From Rhodococcus sp. RD6.2 (lineage in GTDB: Bacteria; Actinomycetota; Actinomycetes; Mycobacteriales; Mycobacteriaceae), in the NCBI RefSeq assembly GCF_001040705.1, contig NZ_CVQP01000005.1:24675-48674 (forward strand): a stretch of 24,000 nucleotides of DNA, written 5' to 3'. A program made the position numbers and the translations under genes. How positions within the stretch are numbered: position 1 is the first letter of the stretch; the number at the start of each line of letters is the position of its first letter. Positions 14,281 to 22,461 of this stretch are shown in pieces. A model generated the notes under the pieces. It saw only the letters and a program-made list of their open reading frames with translations, had not been told where the DNA came from and ran no database searches.

Positions 14281-17200
14281 GTGACGAACGCGCACCATTC
14301 GACCGCCGAGGCGCCGAACACCGAACCGCTGACCAGGCGGTGGCTGTCCGGGGTCTCGGTGGTCGCGTTCGTTCTGGCCTTCTTCCAGGCGCCCGGCCTG
14401 CTCGTCGCCGACACCAAGTACGACCTGACGCAGAATCCGCTCGGATTCCTGGAGCGGGCGTCCCACCAGTGGTCGTCACTCGCACCGCTCGGCCAGGTGC
14501 AGAACCAGGCCTACGGATACTTCTTCCCGCACGGCGCGTTCTTCAGCATCGGCCACATCCTCCACATTCCGCCGTGGATCACCCAGCGGATCTGGTGGGC
14601 CCTGCTCCTGATCGCCGGGTTCTGGGGCATCGTGCGGCTCGCCGAGGCGCTCGGCGTCGGCAGTCGCAGTTCCCGCATCATCGCGGCGCTCGCCTTCGCC
14701 CTCTCCCCGCGCGTCCTGACCACCCTCGGGTCGATCTCGTCGGAAACCCTTCCGATGATGCTGGCGCCCTGGGTGCTGCTGCCGGTGGTCCTTGCGACGT
14801 CGTCGCACGTGCGCCTTTCCGGTGGCCCCCACAATCGAACAGGCACACAGGCGCGGCTTGCCGCGCAGTCCGCGGTCGCCGTCGCGTTGATGGGCGCCGT
14901 CAACGCCGTCGCGACCGCCGCGGCCTGCCTCGTCGCCGGACTCTGGTGGATCGCGCACCGCCCCAACCGGCGCTGGTGGGTCTTCACGGCCTGGTGGCTG
15001 CCGCTGTGCCTCGTCGCCGTCGCCTGGTGGATGGTTCCGCTACTGCTGCTCGGCCGCGTCAGCCCACCGTTCCTCGACTACATCGAATCGTCGGGCGTGA
15101 CGACGCAGTGGACCAGCCTCACCGAGGTCCTGCGCGGCACCGACAGTTGGACACCGTTCGTGTCCCCCGAGCGGATTGCCGGCGCCGTCCTCGTCACCCA
15201 GCCCGCCGCCGTCGTCGCGACCGGTGCGCTCGCCGCCGCAGGCATGGCCGGACTGGCGATGCGCTCCATGCCCGCGAAGGGCCGCCTGGTCCTGATCCTG
15301 TTCGTCGGGCTCGCAGGCCTCGGCGCCGGCTACATCGGTGAACTCGGCTCGCCCATCGCCGACTCCGTTCGACTCTTCCTCGACTCCGGCGGCGCGCCCC
15401 TGCGCAACGTGCACAAGCTCGAACCGCTGGTCCGGCTCCCCCTCGTCCTGGGGCTCGCACACCTGCTCGCGAAGGTGCCGCTCCCCGGATCGGTGTCGTC
15501 GGCGCGGTGGCGCAGCGCGTTCGCTCACCCCGAACGCGAACCGATGGTCGCGCTGACCAGCCTGATCCTCGTCGCGCTCACCCTCGCGACCTCGCTCGCC
15601 TGGACGGGCAAGCTGGCACCGCGAGGCGCGTACGACGAGGTTCCCTCGTACTGGCACGAGGCCGCCGACTGGCTCGGGGACAACGCCGCCGGGAACTCGC
15701 CCGACGGCTCCGATGCCGTCCGAGCGCTCGTCGTGCCCGGCGCCCCCTTCGCGACGCAGATGTGGGGTCTGACCCGCGACGAACCGCTGCAGGCCCTGGC
15801 CACGACTCCGTGGGCGTCGCGCGACGCGGTCCCGTTGGTGCCGCCCGGCGCCATCCGCGCCCTCGACTCCGTCCAGCGCCTCATCGCCGACGGCAGCCCG
15901 TCGGACGGCCTCGCCGCGACCCTGCGCGGCCAGGGCATCGGATACGTGGTGATCCGCAACGACCTCGACCCCGAGACCTCACGCTCGACCCGTCCACTGC
16001 TCGTACACCGGGCCATCGAGGGATCACCGGGCCTGACACGGGTCGCGACGTTCGGCGACGACATCGGTCCCCCCAAGATGGACGACATCGTCACCGACGG
16101 CGACCTGGACCCCGACTACCCGGCGATCGAGATCTATCGCGTCGACACCGCCGAGACATCAGTCGGCACCGCCACTGAGACATCGGCCGGCACCGCCGGC
16201 GCCGCCGCCCCCACAGGCCCCTACACCGTCGACCTGGCGGACGTCCCACTCGTCCAGGGCGGCCCCGAGTCGGTACAGCGACTCGCCGCCCGCCGGGCTC
16301 GCGACGGTGACGGTGTCCCCGCCGGGCCGGTCCTCCTCGCCGCCGACGCCGCCCGCGCCGGGCTGCCCGTCGACGCCGTCACCGTCACCGACACACCGAC
16401 CGACCGCGAAACCGACTTCGGTCAGGTCGACAACCACAGTTCGGCGCTGCGAGGACCCGACGACGCGCGGCGCACCCACAACCTCGTCGCCGACTATCCC
16501 GTCCCGGACACCGACCTCGTCACCGGCCGGTGGGAGGGCGCGCGGATCACGACGTCCAGCTCGGCGGCCGACGCCACGCAACTGGGCGGGACGGCACCGG
16601 GCAGCGGACCTGCCGCGATGGTCGACGGCGACCAGGCCACCGGCTGGTTCAGCAACGGCCTGGAAAGCGCGCTCGGCCAGTGGGTTCGCCTCGACTTCGA
16701 CCAACCGGTCACGAGCGGGCTGCTCAACCTGCGCACCAGCGCGGCCGCACTCGGTGTTCCGGTCCGGCAACTCGAGGTCACGACCGCGAACGGCAGCACC
16801 GCCGTCCGGATCGGCGAGCCCGGCGAACCGGCCGTCGTGTCCCTGCCGCCGGGCCGCACCGACTGGGTGAAGGTCACCGCGACGCACACCGAGGACGGGT
16901 CCGTCGGAACCCAGTTCGGGATCAGCGAGATCTCCGTCGACGACTACAGCGACCGCGACAACCCGGTGACCATTCCGATCCGGCACCTCACCGTCCTGCC
17001 CCCCACCCCCGCGGGCGCAGCCGTGACGGGATGGGACCTCGGCCAGGAACTTCCCGGGCGCACCGCCTGCGTCGACGGCCCGGATCGCGTCCGCTGCCAT
17101 CCCGGATTGGGATTGCAACCCGAGGAGCCCGGCACCTTCGAACGAACGCTGTCCGTGCCGGCCGACACCGCCGTCGCGCCGCGACTCCTGGTGCGGTCCC

Positions 17201-18708
17201 GGCAGAGCCCCGAACTCGACGACCTGCTCTCGGACCCGACACGTGCCCGTGCGAGCGGCGACGCCACCGTCGTGGACGTTCGCGGGTCCGCGGCAGCGAC
17301 TGTCGACGGCGACGACCGCACCAGCTGGACCGCATCCCGCGACAGCATCACCGCACCTGGAGCGAAACCGACTGTGACGGTGACCCTTCCGGAGCCCACT
17401 CTGGTCTCTGGACTGGATCTGACGCCGAGCCTCGGCACCGTTCCCGCACACGCCACCCGGGTCGCGGTGAACCTCGGAACCGGTCCGCAGGTCCGCGACC
17501 TGGACTCGGACAACCGAATCGGCCTGACGCCCACCGTCACCGATCGCATCGTGATCAGCATCGTGGACTGGGACGACGTCCTCGACCGGACGGCTCTTGG
17601 GTTCGCCCAGCCGCACCCGCCCGGATTCGCCGAGATCGGCGTGCTCACCACCGGCGGCGCCACCGTTGCAGGCACCGGAATCGCCGAGGCCCCCGGCGAC
17701 CGAGTCGTCACCGTCGGCTGCGACGCCGGACCCGTCATCTCGTTCGCCGGCTCGGTGGTCCGCACCACGATCACTGCGACCGTCGACGAACTGCGCTCCG
17801 GCGCCACGGTGACCGCGACGGTGTGCGATGCGGAGAACGCGCCCGGAACACAGGTGCCACTGCCCGCCGGCGAGCAGTCCGTCGTCGTCGCGCCCGGTCC
17901 CACGTTCACCGTCGACAGCCTCCGACTCGACGCCGCGACCGCGCCGTCGCAGGCACAGCACCTCGTGCCGACGTCGACGAGCGCCTGGACCGCCAACCAC
18001 CGCGAACTGACCGTCGACGCGGCCGACGGCCAGTCGACCGACGGCGACCGCATGCTGGTCAACCCCGAATCGCAGAACGTCGGCTGGATCGCGACCGCGC
18101 CCGACGGCACCGAACTCACCCCTGTCGTCGTGAACGGGTGGCAGCAGGGCTGGATCGTGCCCGCAGGCACCGCGGGCACCGTCACGCTCGAGTTCCCCAC
18201 CGACCGCTGGTATCGCCTCGGAATATTCGTTGGCCTGCTGGCACTGATTCCGCTCTTCGCGCTCGCGCTGTGGCCGCGCAGGCGTCGCACCGACTCCGAT
18301 CCGGGTCCCGCACCGCGCACCTGGCACAGCACCGGTGTCGGCGCGGCGGGCGTGCTCGTCACCGCGACCGTCGTCGCGGGATGGGTCGGCACACTGGTCG
18401 CCGCCCTGACGGCCGTCGCGGTCGTGCTCGTCGGACGACGACGCGGAGCCCGCGTCGCGTCACGCGCCCTTGTCGCCGCGGCGGGAATCGGGACCGCCCT
18501 CGGCGCCGCCCTGCTCTCGACCGGGCCCTGGCGGTTCCCCGACGGCTACGTCGGGCACGCCTGGTTGGTTCAGCTGGCAGCGCTGATCGGCGTCGTCGCG
18601 GTCGGCTGGTCCGCGGTGCCTCTGTCCCGGACCGCCTCGCGGCTGCTGCGGCGACGGGCCTCCCACCGGGCCAACGCCACCCGCGACGGCTCCTCGACGA
18701 GCGCGTAA
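14281..18708 (+). CDS. aftD: Arabinofuranosyltransferase AftD-like GT-C membrane glycosyltransferase (1475 aa)
   Basis: Polytopic N-terminal domain (FFQAPGLLVADTKYDLTQNPLGFLERASHQWS...). The large soluble middle has two discoidin/CBM-like starts (MVDGDQATGWFS and TVDGDDRTSWTAS). There is a C-terminal TM bundle. Size and neighbourhood are as for Mtb Rv0236c. The GTG start at 14281 has no convincing RBS and is approximate. Confidence 0.85.
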   Translation: MTNAHHSTAEAPNTEPLTRRWLSGVSVVAFVLAFFQAPGLLVADTKYDLTQNPLGFLERASHQWSSLAPLGQVQNQAYGYFFPHGAFFSIGHILHIPPWITQRIWWALLLIAGFWGIVRLAEALGVGSRSSRIIAALAFALSPRVLTTLGSISSETLPMMLAPWVLLPVVLATSSHVRLSGGPHNRTGTQARLAAQSAVAVALMGAVNAVATAAACLVAGLWWIAHRPNRRWWVFTAWWLPLCLVAVAWWMVPLLLLGRVSPPFLDYIESSGVTTQWTSLTEVLRGTDSWTPFVSPERIAGAVLVTQPAAVVATGALAAAGMAGLAMRSMPAKGRLVLILFVGLAGLGAGYIGELGSPIADSVRLFLDSGGAPLRNVHKLEPLVRLPLVLGLAHLLAKVPLPGSVSSARWRSAFAHPEREPMVALTSLILVALTLATSLAWTGKLAPRGAYDEVPSYWHEAADWLGDNAAGNSPDGSDAVRALVVPGAPFATQMWGLTRDEPLQALATTPWASRDAVPLVPPGAIRALDSVQRLIADGSPSDGLAATLRGQGIGYVVIRNDLDPETSRSTRPLLVHRAIEGSPGLTRVATFGDDIGPPKMDDIVTDGDLDPDYPAIEIYRVDTAETSVGTATETSAGTAGAAAPTGPYTVDLADVPLVQGGPESVQRLAARRARDGDGVPAGPVLLAADAARAGLPVDAVTVTDTPTDRETDFGQVDNHSSALRGPDDARRTHNLVADYPVPDTDLVTGRWEGARITTSSSAADATQLGGTAPGSGPAAMVDGDQATGWFSNGLESALGQWVRLDFDQPVTSGLLNLRTSAAALGVPVRQLEVTTANGSTAVRIGEPGEPAVVSLPPGRTDWVKVTATHTEDGSVGTQFGISEISVDDYSDRDNPVTIPIRHLTVLPPTPAGAAVTGWDLGQELPGRTACVDGPDRVRCHPGLGLQPEEPGTFERTLSVPADTAVAPRLLVRSRQSPELDDLLSDPTRARASGDATVVDVRGSAAATVDGDDRTSWTASRDSITAPGAKPTVTVTLPEPTLVSGLDLTPSLGTVPAHATRVAVNLGTGPQVRDLDSDNRIGLTPTVTDRIVISIVDWDDVLDRTALGFAQPHPPGFAEIGVLTTGGATVAGTGIAEAPGDRVVTVGCDAGPVISFAGSVVRTTITATVDELRSGATVTATVCDAENAPGTQVPLPAGEQSVVVAPGPTFTVDSLRLDAATAPSQAQHLVPTSTSAWTANHRELTVDAADGQSTDGDRMLVNPESQNVGWIATAPDGTELTPVVVNGWQQGWIVPAGTAGTVTLEFPTDRWYRLGIFVGLLALIPLFALALWPRRRRTDSDPGPAPRTWHSTGVGAAGVLVTATVVAGWVGTLVAALTAVAVVLVGRRRGARVASRALVAAAGIGTALGAALLSTGPWRFPDGYVGHAWLVQLAALIGVVAVGWSAVPLSRTASRLLRRRASHRANATRDGSSTSA
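16153..16200 (+). repeat. Two tandem 24-bp units inside aftD encoding ETSVGTAT and ETSAGTAG
   Basis: gagacatcagtcggcaccgccact followed by gagacatcggccggcaccgccggc (19/24 identical), in frame and within an apparent inter-domain linker. Confidence 0.8.
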
Positions 18709-19793
18709 CTCGCCGACGCCACCGCCAGGCTCAGCACCACCGTCACCACCAGCACGAACACGAAATCACCCTGGAACGGGACGATCCCGAAGACGGGGAA
18801 CACGATCGACAGCACCAGCAGGTGCCAGATGAACACGCCGTACGACCAACGTCCAACCGCAAGTGCCAGCGGCGACCCGAGGTACCGATGCCGGCCGTGG
18901 TCCCCGAACACCAGCGGAGCGAGCAGGCCGAACGCGATGACCGCCCCCAACGCGATCTTCACCGCGTACTGCCATGGCTGCGCCCGCTGCAGGCCTTCCG
19001 GTCCCGCGAGATCGGTGCACGTGAGACCGAACGCAACCAGCACGATCAGCATCATCAGGCCGCGCCTGCGCAGGAACCGGTGCACCGGCCTCTCCGAGAG
19101 CATCGCCAGCTCGGCCAGCACCATGCCCGCCCCGAACCACGGCAGATAGCCGGGCAACCAGTTGTCGGCGTGGATGCCGTCCGGGGTCGACACCGGCACG
19201 AACCCCCATCCGAGGCTCACCGCCATCGCGCCGAGCAGCACCGGGATCCGCCATCGCGCCGCCGCACCCCGCAGCCGGACAAAGGTGAACGCCAGCAGCG
19301 GCAGCACCAGGTAGAACGCCACCTCCACCGACAGGCTCCACATCTGGGTCAGGCCGTCGGTCAGTGTCAGCGGAACGAAGACCTGCACCAACCCCAGATT
19401 CGACAGCCACACCCGCCAGCCGCCGCCCGCGCTCGGCAGGAACGTCAGCACCACCACCACGACCACCCAGTAGGCGGGCAGGATGCGGACCGCACGGTGC
19501 AGGAAGTACCGCCCGACGGCCGGCCGGGTGGCGAATCCGCGGGCAGTCGCAGCATGCGGACGCCACAGCAGGAACCCCGACAGCGCGAAGAACACGGCCA
19601 CGGCCAGATCGAAACGCCCGAAGATCCGGCCCAGGACGGGAATCGACACGGCACCCGTCTGGAATGCGACATGAGTGACGAGGACGCCGAGCGCGGCGAG
19701 TCCACGCATCCCTTCGAGGGACGGCACGAACCCACGAACCGCCTGGTGAGGCAGCACCGAAGGCTGGTCGACGTGGTCTGCAGAGGTGGTCAT
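18570..19793 (-). CDS. Integral-membrane acyltransferase, acyltransferase-3 family (407 aa)
   Basis: N-terminal signature SLEGMRGLAALGVLVTHVAF, about 10 predicted TM segments, ATG at 19793. The 3' end overlaps aftD convergently by 139 nt. It is the positional equivalent of Mtb Rv0228, from memory. Confidence 0.82.
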   Translation of the reverse strand: MTTSADHVDQPSVLPHQAVRGFVPSLEGMRGLAALGVLVTHVAFQTGAVSIPVLGRIFGRFDLAVAVFFALSGFLLWRPHAATARGFATRPAVGRYFLHRAVRILPAYWVVVVVVLTFLPSAGGGWRVWLSNLGLVQVFVPLTLTDGLTQMWSLSVEVAFYLVLPLLAFTFVRLRGAAARWRIPVLLGAMAVSLGWGFVPVSTPDGIHADNWLPGYLPWFGAGMVLAELAMLSERPVHRFLRRRGLMMLIVLVAFGLTCTDLAGPEGLQRAQPWQYAVKIALGAVIAFGLLAPLVFGDHGRHRYLGSPLALAVGRWSYGVFIWHLLVLSIVFPVFGIVPFQGDFVFVLVVTVVLSLAVASASYALVEEPSRVALARWEARRRSSREAVRDRGTADQPTATTPISAAS

Positions 19794-19992
19794 ATCGCGT
19801 CCAGTGTGCGCGCAGGTCGCCGATTCGACCTACCGGTGAGTTTTCTACGGTGCCCGATATTAGGCGTGCCAGCGCAATCGAACACCGGACACTGTTACTG
19901 TCTCGTCTCACTGGGTGTCTCAGGACACTCCGCGATCAGTGCGGCCACGCCGCCACGCTGATGGGGCCATCAGGAGACTAAGGAGATTCGGT

Positions 19993-21150
19993 ATGGCGGA
20001 ACGCTCAGGGCCGAGCAGGACACTCGCCTGCATTCTGGTGGGGCTCGGCGCTTTCCTACTGGCTGCCGCCCTACTGATCCCGACCTACACCGTCGGCAAG
20101 CTCAAGAAGACCCCGCTCGACCTCGAGGTCACCACCATCGCCGAAGGCACCGGTGACGTCCTCGACGCCAAGTCACTGACCTCGGGCAAGGCCGTCGTCA
20201 ACACCGACGTTCCGCTCGTCGCGCAGCGCTACGTCACCGTCGTCGACCCCTCCGACGCCGACCGCATCACGGTCCAGGCCGGTCAGACGCTGCGTCGCAC
20301 CGACAAGCAGGGCGACACCGGCCTGCTGACCGCGACGATCGACCGCGTCACCCTCGACCGCGTCACCTCGATGCCGATCCAGGACCCGATCGGCACCATC
20401 CAGACCGACGCCAGCAAGCCCGCCGAAGAGGTCGAGCACACCGGCCTGCAGTACAAGTGGCCGTTCGACGGCGAGCAGAAGGCGTACCCGTACTTCGACC
20501 TCAACGCCCGCTCCACGCAGGACATCGACTTCGTCGAAGAGACCGAGATCAACGGGATGAAGGTCTACCACTACAACCAGAAGGTCGGCCCCGTCGACCT
20601 GTCGAAGGTCGTGGCCTCGCCCACCAACAAGCTGTCCCTCCCCGCCGACACCTGGGGTGTCGAGGGTGGCGCCGCGCCGATCACCATGACCCGCTGGTAC
20701 GAGAACGAGCGCGACGTGTGGGTCGATCCGGTCACCGGCGTCGTCGTCAAGGGCCAGGAGAAGCTGTTCCAGTACTACGCCCGGGCCGCAGGCAAGCCCG
20801 AGGTCACCGTCCTCAAGGCCACGCTGCCGTTCAACGAGGAGACCATCGAGTACCAGATCGGTCAGGCCAAGGACGGCGCAGACAAGCTGTCGACCTTCGG
20901 CCGCACCGTCCCGATCGTCGCCGGCATCCTCGGCGTCATCGCGCTGGCCGCGGGCATCTTCCTCGGCACCCGTGGTGGCCGTGGCCCCAAGGACGCTCCC
21001 GTTGACGGCGGCGCGCCGGTCACCCCGGCACCGGCCTACCAGGGCGACGCGGACACCGAACTGATCCCCCGTCACGACTACACCTCCGACGAGACCGTCG
21101 AGATCCCGCAGGTCCGCCCGGACCAGGATCCGCCGACGACGCGTCAGTAG
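19993..21150 (+). CDS. DUF3068 / PorA-family envelope protein (385 aa)
   Basis: This is ORF 19915..21150 trimmed to ATG 19993, which has a TAAGGAGA RBS 7 nt upstream. It has an N-terminal TM (LACILVGLGAFLLAAALLIPTYTVGKLKKTPLDL), a large extracytoplasmic domain, a C-terminal TM (VPIVAGILGVIALAAGIFLG) and a disordered tail. It is the positional equivalent of Mtb Rv0227c, from memory. Confidence 0.78.
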   Translation: MAERSGPSRTLACILVGLGAFLLAAALLIPTYTVGKLKKTPLDLEVTTIAEGTGDVLDAKSLTSGKAVVNTDVPLVAQRYVTVVDPSDADRITVQAGQTLRRTDKQGDTGLLTATIDRVTLDRVTSMPIQDPIGTIQTDASKPAEEVEHTGLQYKWPFDGEQKAYPYFDLNARSTQDIDFVEETEINGMKVYHYNQKVGPVDLSKVVASPTNKLSLPADTWGVEGGAAPITMTRWYENERDVWVDPVTGVVVKGQEKLFQYYARAAGKPEVTVLKATLPFNEETIEYQIGQAKDGADKLSTFGRTVPIVAGILGVIALAAGIFLGTRGGRGPKDAPVDGGAPVTPAPAYQGDADTELIPRHDYTSDETVEIPQVRPDQDPPTTRQ

Positions 21151-21165
21151 TAGTTCCATACGACT

Positions 21166-21196
21166 GGGCCCCGCACTCGACTCGAGTGCGGGGCCC
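21166..21196. terminator. Bidirectional intrinsic terminator between the DUF3068 gene and the flippase gene
   Basis: GGGCCCCGCACTCGA-C-TCGAGTGCGGGGCCC is a perfect 15-bp stem, followed by TTT on the plus strand. It lies 16 nt after the stop at 21150. Confidence 0.7.
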
Positions 21197-21246
21197 TTTC
21201 GCATGCCCGGACGGGTGGCGCCCAGCGCGGGGTCGGACAGCGTCGG

Positions 21247-22428
21247 TCAGGACGGGCTGCGTAGGGCCAGCAGGGCAGCAGCGGCCGCGGTGAAGGCAGC
21301 CACGGACGCTGCGACCGCGATCAGCTGCGCGATGGTGGACACCGCCCCGAGGATCAGTGCCACCTCCGCGGCGAGTCCGATCCACGCGACTGCCGCGAGC
21401 CGGGTGCGCTCGCTGGCGATCGCGGACAGCAGTGCTCCTTGAAGGACCGCGAGGCACGCCCCGTTCAGCGCGAACGCCCACAGCAGACCCTGCACGGGCG
21501 CGTACGACTCCCCGAGCAGGGCCGGTACGAGGGGCGCGGCAACGGCGGCAGCACCGACGGCGAGGGCGCCGATTCCCACGAGGACACCCAACGCGGACCG
21601 CACCGCCTGCCCCGAGTGCGCCGGATTGGCCATGCGCGGGTAGAGAACGACGCCGACCGCGGCGGGCAGCCAGAACGCAACCTTGGTGGCGACGGCGCCG
21701 AGAGCGTACTGCCCGGCAGCCTCGTCGCCGAGGACCACGCGGGACAGCAGGACGTCCACGGAAGACAGCACGATCAGCGCCAGCTGCACCTGCGATGCGC
21801 GCAGGACCGCGGCGACTCCGACGTCGGCGCGTGCGGAGTCGGCTGCGGGCACGCGACCGACGAACAGCCGGGCCGCGACGGCGACGACGCCCGTGCCGAC
21901 GGCCGACGCGGTGAGCGCTGCGCCCGGACCCCCTCCGACTGCCAGCACCGCGACCGCGGGCGCGACCTTGCCGAGCCCGGCGACGGCGAGAACGACTGCA
22001 AGGGCCGCGAATCGGCCTGCCCCCTGCAGCAGACCCTGTTCGCCGGCCAGCAGCACAAGCATCGGCGCGGTGAGCAGCGCGGCCGCGGTCGCGGCGACGC
22101 TGGTGCCGAGGGCCGCGGAGATCGGTACGACGAGTAGTGCCGCGAGGGCGACGACGATGGCCGTGCACCGCCAGGCCAGCGCCCGGAGCGCGGCCGGGTC
22201 CCTTCCGAGGACCACCTCGCGCGCGACGACGGTCTGCAGGGCGAGGGCAGGGACGGCGAGGACGAGTTGTGCCGCGGTGAGGGCGGCGAACTCGCCGTAT
22301 CCGGCGGGCCCGAGCCACCGCGCCGCGAGCAGCGCGAGGAGGTAGGACGCGATGTTCGCGGTCATCGACCCTGCGGTCACCATCGTCATCCCGGCCACGG
22401 CAGATGTCGTGGCGGGCCGCGGAGTCAT
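21247..22428 (-). CDS. Polytopic membrane protein, MOP-superfamily (Wzx/polysaccharide-biosynthesis-type) flippase-like (393 aa)
   Basis: Almost entirely hydrophobic, with about 10-12 TM segments. It shows blocks typical of polysaccharide-biosynthesis flippases (ANIASYLLALLAARWLGPAGYGEFAAL and LGDEAAGQYALGAVATKVAFWLPAAVGVVLYPRMA). The start is uncertain: ATG 22428 or the internal ATG at 22389. Confidence 0.6.
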   Translation of the reverse strand: MTPRPATTSAVAGMTMVTAGSMTANIASYLLALLAARWLGPAGYGEFAALTAAQLVLAVPALALQTVVAREVVLGRDPAALRALAWRCTAIVVALAALLVVPISAALGTSVAATAAALLTAPMLVLLAGEQGLLQGAGRFAALAVVLAVAGLGKVAPAVAVLAVGGGPGAALTASAVGTGVVAVAARLFVGRVPAADSARADVGVAAVLRASQVQLALIVLSSVDVLLSRVVLGDEAAGQYALGAVATKVAFWLPAAVGVVLYPRMANPAHSGQAVRSALGVLVGIGALAVGAAAVAAPLVPALLGESYAPVQGLLWAFALNGACLAVLQGALLSAIASERTRLAAVAWIGLAAEVALILGAVSTIAQLIAVAASVAAFTAAAAALLALRSPS

Positions 22429-22461
22429 CCGCCAATGATGACACCCATTAGTCTTCGGTCC

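Noticed and set aside
2613-16200. Whether the two 24-bp duplications (GDTSAGGG in the GMC gene and ETS(V/A)GTA(T/G) in aftD) are copies of one mobile or repeated element
   Set aside because: The nucleotide sequences on the coding strands do not align. The similarity is only in low-complexity amino-acid content.
16159-19961. A 722-aa minus-strand ORF (16159..18327), a 482-aa minus-strand ORF (16944..18392) and a 1143-aa plus-strand ORF (16530..19961)
   Set aside because: They lie off-frame or antisense to aftD and the acyltransferase. The 1143-aa ORF is about one-quarter arginine and crosses two real genes. No domains are recognisable.
21020-22444. A 474-aa minus-strand ORF overlapping the flippase in another frame
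   Set aside because: Its composition is Arg-rich and non-membrane-like. The 21247..22428 frame gives a coherent polytopic membrane protein.
22435-22461. Earlier in-frame ATG ATG start for the right-edge membrane protein
   Set aside because: The nine extra codons have AT-rich third positions, atypical for coding sequence here. That start would leave only 6 bp between the divergent genes. I kept it as an alternative only.
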